DNA of 64,000 bases from an uncultured bacterium (GTDB lineage Bacteria > Verrucomicrobiota > Kiritimatiellia > PWTM01): assembly GCA_938010045.1 (NCBI GenBank), contig CALLFZ010000020.1, forward strand, positions 38,754 through 102,753, given 5' to 3'. Below the pieces are notes generated by a model. The model was not told the origin of the DNA and searched no databases. It was given only the letters and a program-made list of their open reading frames with translations. Positions 19,508 to 28,780 of this stretch are shown here, one piece after another. Position 1 is the stretch's first letter. Every line of letters begins with the position of its first letter. Both the position numbers and the translations under genes were made by a program.

Positions 19508-20203
19508 TCAGCCTGGTGCAACCAGCGGCCCTGGGCCGGTCCGCTTCCGAATCCCGCGTTGGATCACCCGCCCGCTCCAATGCACACGTCCGGATACGCG
19601 CAGCTCGCGTAGCAATCGCGACAGCGTTTCCGGCGCAATCCCGAGGGCCGAGGCAACGTCGCGCCGCGTCAGCCGGGTTTCGATGCGGAGGGCCGAACCA
19701 AATTGCTCATCCAGAAAGCGTTCAAATCGAGCCGCCAGATCGGCGACCGGCGCGGCCGCCGCGCGCTCGGCCAGATGGCGCAGCTTGCGAGACATCATCG
19801 CAAGGAAGTCATCTCGGAAAGCCTCGTCCCGCAGCAACGCGCGCACGTCGGGCGTCGGAATGACGAACATCACCCCCGGTTCCAGCACGGTCGCCGTCGC
19901 CGGGTAGGTGGGCATCTCGAACAACACGGCTTCCGCAAAGGTCTCGCCGGGCCGCACCATCTTCAGGACATGCTCGCGACCGTCCGGCCCGCGGCGGGCG
20001 AGCCGAACGCGTCCGCTGTGGCAAACCCAAAGGCCGACCGCCGGCTCACCTTCGCGAAACAGCACGTCCCCACGAGACACCGTGCGCAACCCGCACACGT
20101 GGGCCAGCGCCCGTCTCGACGACCCGGAGAGGCCGGCGAAGAAGGTGGTCTGCGCCAGCACCGCGGCCGGATCGGGCCGGGCGGCGCGCCCCCCGCGAGT
20201 CAC
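19508..20203 (-). CDS. Crp/Fnr family transcriptional regulator
   Basis: A cNMP-binding beta-roll (SRGDVLFREGEPAVGLWVCHSGRVRLAR) is followed by a C-terminal HTH (RRDVASALGIAPETLSRLLRELR). A GTG start at 20203 with an upstream GGAxxGAGG gives 231 aa; the longer ORF would overlap uppP. Confidence 0.72.
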   Translation of the reverse strand: MTRGGRAARPDPAAVLAQTTFFAGLSGSSRRALAHVCGLRTVSRGDVLFREGEPAVGLWVCHSGRVRLARRGPDGREHVLKMVRPGETFAEAVLFEMPTYPATATVLEPGVMFVIPTPDVRALLRDEAFRDDFLAMMSRKLRHLAERAAAAPVADLAARFERFLDEQFGSALRIETRLTRRDVASALGIAPETLSRLLRELRVSGRVHWSGRVIQRGIRKRTGPGPLVAPG

Positions 20204-20217
20204 CTCGGATCCTCGTC

Positions 20218-21027
20218 TCACCGGCTGAACCACAACACCAAAGCGGCCAGCACCAGGCGATAGACCGCAAAGGCGTCCATGCGGTGTCGCGACAGATAGG
20301 CCATGAGCCACCGGATCGCCAGCAGACCGACACCGAACGAGACGACGAGTCCGACCACGAAAAACGGCCACCACTCGGCCGACAATGTGCGGCCGCCGCG
20401 CCAGACAGCGAACAACGACGCGATCGTGAGCACCGGCACCGCCGCGAAAAACGAGTACTGGGTGGCCGCGCGGCGCTCGAGGCCCAGGGCCATCCCCCCG
20501 AGGATCGTGGCGGCCGACCGCGACACGCCCGGCCAGAGAGCGAGGCACTGGAAGAAACCGATCCCCAGGGCGAGACGCCAGCCGATCTGGTCGAGCCCGT
20601 TGACCACCGGCGCCCGAGAAGGCCATCGTTCCGCCAGCAGCATCCACACGGCGCCGGCGGCCAACCCTACCGCCACCAGCGGCGGTTGGAACATATGCCG
20701 TTCCAGAACGCCGTGGGTCAGGCCGCCGAGCAGCACGGCGGGCAGCGTCGTGAGCCCCAACAACCCCAAACCGCGAGGGCCGGCCAAAGCGCCGGCGGCG
20801 GACCGTCGCGGGTTCACCAACGCGGCAAATCGTGCCGGAAATGCGGCCACCACCGCCAGGATCGCGCCCAACTGGATCACCACATCAAACGAACTCTGCA
20901 CCTGCGCGGGGATCTGCAAGATGTGGCCGGCCAGAATGAGGTGTCCCGTGGACGATACGGGAATGTATTCGGTCAGCCCTTCGATGAGCCCCATCAGCGC
21001 GGCCGACCTGAGTCCGGTGGACTGCAT
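20218..21027 (-). CDS. uppP: Undecaprenyl-diphosphate phosphatase
   Basis: LIEGLTEYIPVSSTGHLIL is the BacA/UppP signature. The product is a multi-pass membrane protein. Confidence 0.9.
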   Translation of the reverse strand: MQSTGLRSAALMGLIEGLTEYIPVSSTGHLILAGHILQIPAQVQSSFDVVIQLGAILAVVAAFPARFAALVNPRRSAAGALAGPRGLGLLGLTTLPAVLLGGLTHGVLERHMFQPPLVAVGLAAGAVWMLLAERWPSRAPVVNGLDQIGWRLALGIGFFQCLALWPGVSRSAATILGGMALGLERRAATQYSFFAAVPVLTIASLFAVWRGGRTLSAEWWPFFVVGLVVSFGVGLLAIRWLMAYLSRHRMDAFAVYRLVLAALVLWFSR

Positions 21028-21042
21028 TCGAGGGTCCTTGCC

Positions 21043-23127
21043 TTAGGGCGTGCCCGCGGGCAGCCACTGGACCGCGTCAACGACGACGTGGCCGCATGTA
21101 CGCTCGTTCGTGATCCGCACTTCAGCCGGCCGATTGGTCGTGAACCGAAATTGGCCGAGCGACGTGACGAGGCCGTCCAGCGGCGGTGGTCGGGTCTGAT
21201 CCACTTCGACGACGTTCGTACCGTCGGCATGGACGATCGTAACCGGCACAGCGGGCGCGCGGTTTGGGGCCGTCGAATAGGCGAGACGCACTTCGTAGAG
21301 GCCAGGCTCGGGCAGATGCGCGCGGAACACGGCGCGGCACTCTCCCTTCGCGCGCCCCGCGTCGTGCAGGTAGCGATCGCCCACCCATCGCCCCGTGGCG
21401 CGACTCTCCTGCCAGTCGCCGGCGAGTTCGGCCGCCCGATCGTCCACCACGATGCCGGACAGCGTCGGGCTTCCGGCGGCCCTCCGGCCGGCCCATTCAA
21501 GGACCTGCCCATCGGCGAGCAGCCGCTCCCGCAGCCGCTCATAGGGCACGTCCTGAACGGCCGCGCCTTCATCAATCGCCAGCACGGCGATGGTTGCCGC
21601 ACTCTGGCCCAGAATCATGAACACTGGCTCCATTCGCACCGAGCCGTACGCCGCGTGGCTCGCGCTCACGCACACGGGCACCACCAGATTGCGGCACTCG
21701 GACCGTTTGGGCAGCAGACAGCCGCGCGGAATACCATACGGCTCGACCTTCACACCGATGTCGCCCTCGTTCTGCACGGTTCCCTCCGGCGTCACATAGC
21801 GCCAAACGTTGTGGGAGTCGATCGTGTACGACCCCATGCCGACCGGCTCCGAAATTGGCCGGCGGCCGAGGAGATGCTGATCGGTCAGCACGACCTCGCC
21901 GATCATGCGTCGTGCCTCCCGCACGTACAGTTGATGCGGCCAGTGGCCATTGTCGGTGAATTCGTCCTTCGCCAGACCCCACCGGCTCATCCGCTCCCGG
22001 ATCTCGGCCGGGACGCGGGGATCGTGGGTGAGGAAGTACATCAGCCCCTTCTGATAGCGTTCGTGCTCGCGCACGATCTCGCGTCGCCGTTCGTAATCGG
22101 CCTCGGGATAGTCATGGTTCATGCCGATGTTGTCGGTGCTGAACGGACCGTGGTTGTTCGTGTCGGTCTTGCGGTTCGGGATCGGATCGAACTTCGCAAA
22201 CACGTCACGCCAGCCGGTCTCGAACACGCGGATCAACAGCTCATACTGGAACGGGTCGTATCCCTCGGGCTTCTCGAACGGCACGCGGTTCTCCGGGTGA
22301 TCGGTTAGGCACATCCGGAAGCAATAGGCCTGCACGCCGCGGTCGCCGGTCCCGTTTTTGCCGGGTGGCGTCGGCGAGATGCGCGGCAGCAGCCCGCTCG
22401 ACGGATCGCCCTTGCGCACGTATGGGTCCACCGGCTTCGCGAAATAGTGCGCGTGGTGGAACACGCCGTTCTGCACTCCGTTCCACTGTTCGCCGTACAC
22501 GTCATTGCCTTCGCGCCCCACGTGATACGACACACCGGCCGCAGCCATCAGATCGCCCTCATAGGTCGCGTCGAGGAACATCCGCCCGCGATACACGTGG
22601 CCGCTGAGCATCCGGATCGAGCGGATCGTGCCTTGCTCGAGTTCGACGCCGGCTCCACCACGATCAAGCCACTCGTCGCGAACCACGGGGATGCGGTGTT
22701 CAGTGATCAGCTCTTCAAACACGCGCTCCGCCACGTGGGGTTCAAACACCCACATCGTGCGATACTCGCCATCTATGGCGGGCGTTCCCTGTCCCCGGTT
22801 GCCGTACTCTTCGCGTCGCTGCCACCGCCAGGCCTCGTCGCGTTGGTAATGTTTCCAAATGCGGTGGTAGAACTCGCGCGCGAGTCCCCCAATCACCGCC
22901 TTGTTGCCCGTGTCGGTCCACCCGAGCCCGCCGGACGACAACCCGCCCAGATGGCGGTCAGGCCCCACGAGAATCACAGACTTCCCCATGCGCACCACCT
23001 GTACGGCCGCCATCACGCCGGCCGACGTGCCGCCGTACACGATCACGTCCGCCTCGCGCACCTCGGCGCCAGGAACCGTCGCGACCGCCAGCAGCAGCAC
23101 TCCCGCTGTCCGATGTCGAGTCCGCAT
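21043..23127 (-). CDS. Secreted FAD-dependent oxidoreductase family protein with C-terminal beta-sandwich domain
   Basis: A signal peptide is followed by DVIVYGGTSAGVMAAV (FAD GxGxxG). This family is common in Planctomycetes and Verrucomicrobia. The start is at the internal ATG (23127). Confidence 0.65.
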   Translation of the reverse strand: MRTRHRTAGVLLLAVATVPGAEVREADVIVYGGTSAGVMAAVQVVRMGKSVILVGPDRHLGGLSSGGLGWTDTGNKAVIGGLAREFYHRIWKHYQRDEAWRWQRREEYGNRGQGTPAIDGEYRTMWVFEPHVAERVFEELITEHRIPVVRDEWLDRGGAGVELEQGTIRSIRMLSGHVYRGRMFLDATYEGDLMAAAGVSYHVGREGNDVYGEQWNGVQNGVFHHAHYFAKPVDPYVRKGDPSSGLLPRISPTPPGKNGTGDRGVQAYCFRMCLTDHPENRVPFEKPEGYDPFQYELLIRVFETGWRDVFAKFDPIPNRKTDTNNHGPFSTDNIGMNHDYPEADYERRREIVREHERYQKGLMYFLTHDPRVPAEIRERMSRWGLAKDEFTDNGHWPHQLYVREARRMIGEVVLTDQHLLGRRPISEPVGMGSYTIDSHNVWRYVTPEGTVQNEGDIGVKVEPYGIPRGCLLPKRSECRNLVVPVCVSASHAAYGSVRMEPVFMILGQSAATIAVLAIDEGAAVQDVPYERLRERLLADGQVLEWAGRRAAGSPTLSGIVVDDRAAELAGDWQESRATGRWVGDRYLHDAGRAKGECRAVFRAHLPEPGLYEVRLAYSTAPNRAPAVPVTIVHADGTNVVEVDQTRPPPLDGLVTSLGQFRFTTNRPAEVRITNERTCGHVVVDAVQWLPAGTP

Positions 23128-23152
23128 GATCGTCTCCGTCCTTCCGCGCCGT

Positions 23153-24379
23153 TCAGTCGATCGCGTGCACGAACAAGCCCGACCTGAGCTTCGGATCGAA
23201 CCACGTACTTTTGGGCGGCATGACCTGGCCGGCATCGGCCACGGCCATGATGTGCTCCATGGAGACCGCCGGCACGGCGAACACAGCGGCCGCACGCCCG
23301 TCGGCCAGCCGAGCCGCGAGTTCCGCGACGCTTCGCTCGCCGCCAACAAAGCTGAGGCGCGGATCGCGCCGTGGTTCGCGGATGCCGAGCACCGGCCCCA
23401 GCAGGCGGTCCTGTAGAATTTGGACGTCCAGAGAACGCACGGGGTCGGTCGGCCGGGCTCCAGCCGCGCGCAGCCGCCACCAGCCGCCGCGCAGCCCCAT
23501 CGTCACCTCGCCCTTGGCCGCCGGCGCAGGGCCCGGAAGCGGTTCTACCTCGAACCCTTCCCGAACGCGGCGAAGAAGGTCCGCCTCGGACAGTCCGCCC
23601 AAATCGCTGACGCACCGCTGATATGGCAGGATGCGCAGACTCGCTGCAGGGAAGAACACCGCCATCACCCACGCCCACTCCGCGTCGGTCTCGGCCGGCA
23701 CCGAGCCGCCCGCACGCTCACGGGCGACGCGCGCGGCGGCCGCGGCGCGGTGATGCCCATCCGCGATGTAGGCGACCGGCTCCGCGTCCATTAGATTCAA
23801 CCAGTCGTCCGCATCCATCAGACGCCAACCGCGATGGCACACGCCATCCGGCGCCGTGAACTCGAATAGCGGATCGAGTCGCGCCGCGGCCTCCCGCGCG
23901 GCGCGCGCCAGCGCGCCCGCACGATCCCGCACCGCGAGCAACACCGGCCCCGACTGAATGCCGGTCACCGCGATGTGGCGCGCACGATCCTGCTCGGGCT
24001 CCGGCCGGGTGTGTTCGTGTTTCCGCACAATCCCCCGCTCGTAGTCGGCCACGTGGTAGAGCGCGACCAGGCCGATCTGCGAGTGCTCCTTCACCGCCTG
24101 CTCATACAAAAACAGGGAAGGATCGTTGTCCTGGACCATCCATTCGCGCTCGCAGAACCGGCGCCAGTGTTCGGCGGCGCGCTCGTACACCGCCGGCGAT
24201 GTCGCGGGGATCTCCGGCGGCAACTCGAGATCGGCACGCGACACCCGCAAAAAGCACGCGGGATTGCCGTCCGCCATGCGCGCGGCTTCTTCGCGGCTCA
24301 CCACATCATACGGCGGACTCGCCACCCGTTCGGCCCAGCCCGCCGCGGGCCGAAACGCTCGAAAAGCTCGAATTCTCAT
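23153..24379 (-). CDS. DUF1015 family protein
   Basis: MRIRAFRAFRP...SPPYDVVSREEA is the characteristic DUF1015 N-terminus. Confidence 0.65.
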   Translation of the reverse strand: MRIRAFRAFRPAAGWAERVASPPYDVVSREEAARMADGNPACFLRVSRADLELPPEIPATSPAVYERAAEHWRRFCEREWMVQDNDPSLFLYEQAVKEHSQIGLVALYHVADYERGIVRKHEHTRPEPEQDRARHIAVTGIQSGPVLLAVRDRAGALARAAREAAARLDPLFEFTAPDGVCHRGWRLMDADDWLNLMDAEPVAYIADGHHRAAAAARVARERAGGSVPAETDAEWAWVMAVFFPAASLRILPYQRCVSDLGGLSEADLLRRVREGFEVEPLPGPAPAAKGEVTMGLRGGWWRLRAAGARPTDPVRSLDVQILQDRLLGPVLGIREPRRDPRLSFVGGERSVAELAARLADGRAAAVFAVPAVSMEHIMAVADAGQVMPPKSTWFDPKLRSGLFVHAID

Positions 24380-24467
24380 CTTTCGTACGCCCGGGGTCAA
24401 AGCGGCATCGTAGCGGCGCGCCGGGCCGGCCGCAAACCGGGGTGTCGAACAGGGGCTTCGCCGGCCT

Positions 24468-25427
24468 TCAGCCGGAGCCACGGCGTTGCCGCCCCCGGCC
24501 CCACGTGCCGTCCAACCACTCGAGCGTCGGCGCCAGCGCCACTGCATCCGCGATCGGCGCCAGCTCCGGCATTCGGTGCACGTCGTCCATCCGGATCGGC
24601 GCGCTGTCCGGCAGGACCGGATCGAGCCGATGATACCGTTCGCCGAGCAATTGCCGACACTGATAGTCCGGCACGCCCATCCCCCCTTCCATCAGGATGT
24701 CGAGGAGCGGCCGGCTCCATTGCGCCAGCCCCCAATCGTGCCGACCTCCCTCGATCCGCAGTAAAGGATGGCCCGTGCCGATCGAGAACAGCACGATCGA
24801 GGACATCGGCGGCCGTGGCCCCTCGTTGCGCGGGTCCTGTGTCTGCGCCAGCGCAGCCATCGAGGGATTGTTCGCGATCACGCCGCCATCAATGTACCCA
24901 TCGGCCGAAGGAAAGTACGTCGGCGCGGCCGAGCTGTAGAGCGCCACGTCGCGGATCAACCGCTCGCCGTCGCTGTCCGGCCCAGGAAAATTGTGAAAGA
25001 ACTTCGGCGCCCAGCTCCGGCGGGCGGGGTCGGGCGATTCGTTGTCCAGATCGAAGGCCACGATCAACACACGCACCGGCAAGTCGCGCAACCTCAGATC
25101 CCCGAACACGTCGCGCAGCACCCGCCGCAGGCCACGGTCGTCGTACTGCGCGCCGACGGTCCGACCGAGGTCGCGGAGGTTGTCCAGCCAAGTGTCCCGG
25201 AAAATGTCCGGCGCGTGCCGCTCGTAGAGGGCCATCAGCTCGCGCGGCGTGCGGCCCGTGGCCAGTCCGAGCCCGAGCAACGCACCCGTCGAGGTCCCCG
25301 CGATCAGATCGGCGCGCCTCCACCAGCCGGGCCGAGATTCCGCAAGACGGTCCATCAGCCGCGCGGCGAGCCACCCGCGCACGCCACCGCCATCGAGCGA
25401 CAGGATTCGATATCGACGGCGCGCCAT
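24468..25427 (-). CDS. Patatin-like phospholipase
   Basis: ILSLDGGGVRG and AGTSTGA match the patatin GGxR and GxSxG motifs. Confidence 0.82.
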   Translation of the reverse strand: MARRRYRILSLDGGGVRGWLAARLMDRLAESRPGWWRRADLIAGTSTGALLGLGLATGRTPRELMALYERHAPDIFRDTWLDNLRDLGRTVGAQYDDRGLRRVLRDVFGDLRLRDLPVRVLIVAFDLDNESPDPARRSWAPKFFHNFPGPDSDGERLIRDVALYSSAAPTYFPSADGYIDGGVIANNPSMAALAQTQDPRNEGPRPPMSSIVLFSIGTGHPLLRIEGGRHDWGLAQWSRPLLDILMEGGMGVPDYQCRQLLGERYHRLDPVLPDSAPIRMDDVHRMPELAPIADAVALAPTLEWLDGTWGRGRQRRGSG

Positions 25428-25431
25428 CCCC

Positions 25432-26133
25432 TCACCAGTGGATCGTGAATGCGCCGCTGCGGAGCTGCGGCTTCATCTCGGCCCACGGCACCCACCGCAC
25501 GGAGCCATCGAGCATCCCCTCGTTGGCGCCGAGCGGGTAGCGGCCGCGTAGGTGATTCACGCCGCGCCGAGTGTCTGGCCCGTACCAGCCATAGCCGCTC
25601 CATTCGCGCGTCACATCCACCCACAACACGCGCACCGAGGGCTGGTCCGTCGCCCGCGTCGGGAATATCGGCGACCGCGTGTGGGGCTGCAGCGGGCTCC
25701 AGCCGTTGAACACGTAGGGGTTGTCCTTCGCAAGGTACGTGTAGCCCCACACCGACATCTGTCCACCGTACGACCAGTTCCAGAAGTAATCAAAGTCCCA
25801 GTCGCGCCGGTTCGCGGGACAGTAACAGTGGCCGCGCGTGATGCCGTACGAGGCGACCAACACATTGCTGTGCAGGTAGGCGAAATAGTACGGAGAGGAG
25901 TTTTGCGCATGGATCACGGGATACCGGCCGCCAAAGTCCCCGACGGCGGCCTCGGTCGCCGTCAGCAACACATGGAGGTTCGAGGCGCACGACGCGCGCC
26001 GCGCCCGCTCCTGCGCCCCCGAAATCCCGGGTACCAGGATCAGAATCAGAATCCCAATGATTCCGATGACCGCTAGCAGCTCGACCAGCGTGAATCCGCC
26101 ATTCCGACGCGCCCCCGATCTCCGCCGACTCAT
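25432..26133 (-). CDS. Prepilin-type N-terminal cleavage/methylation domain protein (DUF1559, pseudopilin-like)
   Basis: GFTLVELLAVIGIIGILI is a class III signal peptide / N-methylation motif. The start is at the internal ATG 26133, which overlaps the upstream gene's stop. Confidence 0.75.
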   Translation of the reverse strand: MSRRRSGARRNGGFTLVELLAVIGIIGILILILVPGISGAQERARRASCASNLHVLLTATEAAVGDFGGRYPVIHAQNSSPYYFAYLHSNVLVASYGITRGHCYCPANRRDWDFDYFWNWSYGGQMSVWGYTYLAKDNPYVFNGWSPLQPHTRSPIFPTRATDQPSVRVLWVDVTREWSGYGWYGPDTRRGVNHLRGRYPLGANEGMLDGSVRWVPWAEMKPQLRSGAFTIHW

Positions 26134-27440
26134 ACCAGCGGATCGGCGCCGGTCGCGATCGGATGGAACAGGCCCGGCCCAGGTTTCCACGCGGACGGCT
26201 CCGGAACCAGCGCGTTCTTCGACGCGTTGAGTAGCCACTCCCATGAGAACGACTTGCCGGTGTAGGCCGCGATGCGCGCGCCGATCGCCGTCAGTGTGCT
26301 CTCCGCAATCCGGACGCCCTCGTTCAGCGGCTGGCCGGCCCGTATGCTCCGGATCAGGTCCACGTGCTCCTGCTCCTGCCCGTTCACCGACGGACCCGCG
26401 TAAGCCCAGACCGTCTTGCCGTCATGGCTCATGATCCGGCCCGCACAGTCGCTCCAGCCCTTCGCGCCGACGATCTTTTCGCCGTGCCGTTGGGTCCCCG
26501 GTCCGTGACCACAGAAGCTCAGGCACCGGGCGCCGTTCGGATACTCCAGCTCCGCCGCGATGTGGTCCCAGATGTCGCCGTTATACTTGACCCAGTCGGC
26601 CTCGTTGCCCAACGCCTTGGCGACCGCCCGGGCTTGATCCGAGTAATCGCGCCAGCCGCGCCCGCCGACCGCCGTGAACTTCTTTGGCGGTCCGTCGAAG
26701 CACCAGTTCATCACATCGATGTTGTGAATGTGCTGCTCGACGATCTGGTCGCCCGACAACCACGTAAAGTGGTACCAGTTGTGGCACTGCCACTCCATCT
26801 CGCTCATGCCGGCCTCGATGCCCCGGTACCAGATGCTGCCGCCGTACCAATAGCACTGGCCGCCGACCAACTCGCCAATCGCGCCTTCGTGGATGCGCTT
26901 CATCAGCTCGACCCGCGCCGGCTCATGCCGCCGCTGCGTACCCGCGACGATCGCGAGTTTCTTCTGCTCAGCCAGCCGCGAGGCCTCGATGAACAGCCGG
27001 CATCCCGCGACATCCGTCGCGACCGGCTTCTCGGTGAAGATGTGCTTACCCGCCTGCACCGCGGCCATCATCTGCCACGGCCGGAACGCCGGCGCGGTGG
27101 CCATGAGCAGAAGGTGTGTGTCGGTCTTCGCGAGCGCCTCGTGGCACTGGAAGCCGCCGAATATCGCATCGTCCGGCACCCGCACGCGATTTTTGAACTT
27201 CGGATCCTTCAGCAGCGAGTCCCGCAGGCGCCGCGCCTTCTCCGGAAAGAGATCCGCCAGCGCGACCACCACCACGCCGGGATCGGCCATCAGGCAGTGC
27301 TTCACCGCACCGCTGCCGCGCCCGCCACAGCCGAGCAACCCCACGCGAATCTCGTCCGACCCCGCCGCATACGCTGCACGCGCGGCCGCGAGCCCCGCCG
27401 CCACTCCGCCTGCCGTCATTCTTGACATCGTTGCACTCAT
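26130..27440 (-). CDS. Gfo/Idh/MocA family oxidoreductase with twin-arginine (Tat) signal
   Basis: The N-terminus has Tat-like features and GLLGCGGRGSGAV is a Rossmann motif. The fold is similar to GH109 and inositol dehydrogenase. Confidence 0.72.
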   Translation of the reverse strand: MSATMSRMTAGGVAAGLAAARAAYAAGSDEIRVGLLGCGGRGSGAVKHCLMADPGVVVVALADLFPEKARRLRDSLLKDPKFKNRVRVPDDAIFGGFQCHEALAKTDTHLLLMATAPAFRPWQMMAAVQAGKHIFTEKPVATDVAGCRLFIEASRLAEQKKLAIVAGTQRRHEPARVELMKRIHEGAIGELVGGQCYWYGGSIWYRGIEAGMSEMEWQCHNWYHFTWLSGDQIVEQHIHNIDVMNWCFDGPPKKFTAVGGRGWRDYSDQARAVAKALGNEADWVKYNGDIWDHIAAELEYPNGARCLSFCGHGPGTQRHGEKIVGAKGWSDCAGRIMSHDGKTVWAYAGPSVNGQEQEHVDLIRSIRAGQPLNEGVRIAESTLTAIGARIAAYTGKSFSWEWLLNASKNALVPEPSAWKPGPGLFHPIATGADPLV

Positions 27441-27484
27441 CCTCGCCTCTCCCTTCCAACCGGTCGCGTCCATCCACCCGCCGC

Positions 27485-28780
27485 TCATGTCCGTTTCCCC
27501 TTCTCCTCCACCACCAGCCCCGGCAATTGATACTTGCCCGGTACGGCCACCGGCGGCACTGGCATCGGGTCGCTCATCTTGAGGTCCGACCGCGGCCGCA
27601 GATCCAGCTCACAACGCTGCAGGAACCACTCCCGCTTCATCTGCTGACGAGTGTAGGCGGACTCGCGCGCCATGATCGCGCACATCGTGCTCTCTGTGAC
27701 CTGCCGCGCCTCGTTCAGGTACGCGCCGCCCCGGATACTCTCGATGAGATGCCGGTGCTCCTCCACGTACGGGTTCGGCGTCGGTCCCTCGTACCGCCAT
27801 TTCACCTCCCCCTCAATCACACCGGCGCAGTTGCTCCACCCCTTCGTGCCCACCACCCGCTCGCTCACGTTGCCCGCCGAACCCTCGATCTGCCGGCACA
27901 GGCTGATCGTGCGCACGTCGCCCGGATAGAAGAATTCCGTGCCGAAGTGATCGTAGATGTGGCCATACTCCGGCGCGGTCCGGAACTGCCGGCCGCCGAG
28001 CGAATGGACCTGATCCGGCAGAGCGCCCATCGCCCAGTTGATCACATCAATGTTGTGCACGTGCTGCTCGACGATATGATCGCCCGATAGCCACACGAAA
28101 TAGAGCCAGTTGCGAAGCTGCCACTCGATGTCGCTCTGGTTCGGCTCACGCTTCTTCACCCAAAGACCACCCTGATTCCAGTAGCACTGCGCCGAGACGA
28201 TTTGGCCGATCGCGCCATCGCGAATGCGCTTCATCGTCTCCATGTACTTCGGATCATGCCGCCGCTGCGTGCCGGCCGCGACGCAGAGCTTCTTCGCGAC
28301 TGACTTCTCCGCCGCCTCGAGCATCTGCCGCACGCCCGCCGCGCACACCGCGACCGGCTTCTCGGTGAAAATGTGCTTGCCCGCCTCCACCGCGGCCGAA
28401 AAATGCAGCGGCCGGAACCCCGGCGGCGTCGCAAGGATCACCAGGTCCACCTCGCTGAGCGCGAGCACTTCGCGGTAGGCCTCGAGCCCGACAAAGCAGC
28501 GGTTGTCGGGGACCTTGAACTTTGCTTTCGCGCGCTCCACGCGATCCGCGAACGCATCGGCCAGCGCCACGATCTTCACGCCCTGAGCGGCCTCTAGACA
28601 ATTGTCCGCCGCGCCCATACCGCGGCCGCCGCATCCAATCACGCCAACCCCGATGGTGTCGGTCGCCGCCGTGTAGGCGACCCTGGGAGCCGCGCCGGCC
28701 AGCGCAAATCCGCCCGCCGCCATCGCCGTCCGTCCCAGAAACCGCCGCCGATTCATCCGTGCGATGTCCGCCATAATCAT
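27485..28780 (-). CDS. Gfo/Idh/MocA family oxidoreductase with Tat signal (paralog of 26130..27440)
   Basis: NRRRFLGRTAMAAGGFALAGAA is a Tat motif and GVIGCGGRGMGAA a Rossmann motif. AAGGAG lies 3 nt upstream of the ATG at 28780. Confidence 0.75.
   Translation of the reverse strand: MIMADIARMNRRRFLGRTAMAAGGFALAGAAPRVAYTAATDTIGVGVIGCGGRGMGAADNCLEAAQGVKIVALADAFADRVERAKAKFKVPDNRCFVGLEAYREVLALSEVDLVILATPPGFRPLHFSAAVEAGKHIFTEKPVAVCAAGVRQMLEAAEKSVAKKLCVAAGTQRRHDPKYMETMKRIRDGAIGQIVSAQCYWNQGGLWVKKREPNQSDIEWQLRNWLYFVWLSGDHIVEQHVHNIDVINWAMGALPDQVHSLGGRQFRTAPEYGHIYDHFGTEFFYPGDVRTISLCRQIEGSAGNVSERVVGTKGWSNCAGVIEGEVKWRYEGPTPNPYVEEHRHLIESIRGGAYLNEARQVTESTMCAIMARESAYTRQQMKREWFLQRCELDLRPRSDLKMSDPMPVPPVAVPGKYQLPGLVVEEKGKRT

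Noticed and set aside
19508-20647. 379-aa version of the Crp/Fnr ORF
   Set aside because: It would overlap uppP by over 400 nt in another frame. Crp-family proteins are about 230 aa, and a GTG at 20203 with an upstream Shine-Dalgarno-like GGAxxGAGG fits.
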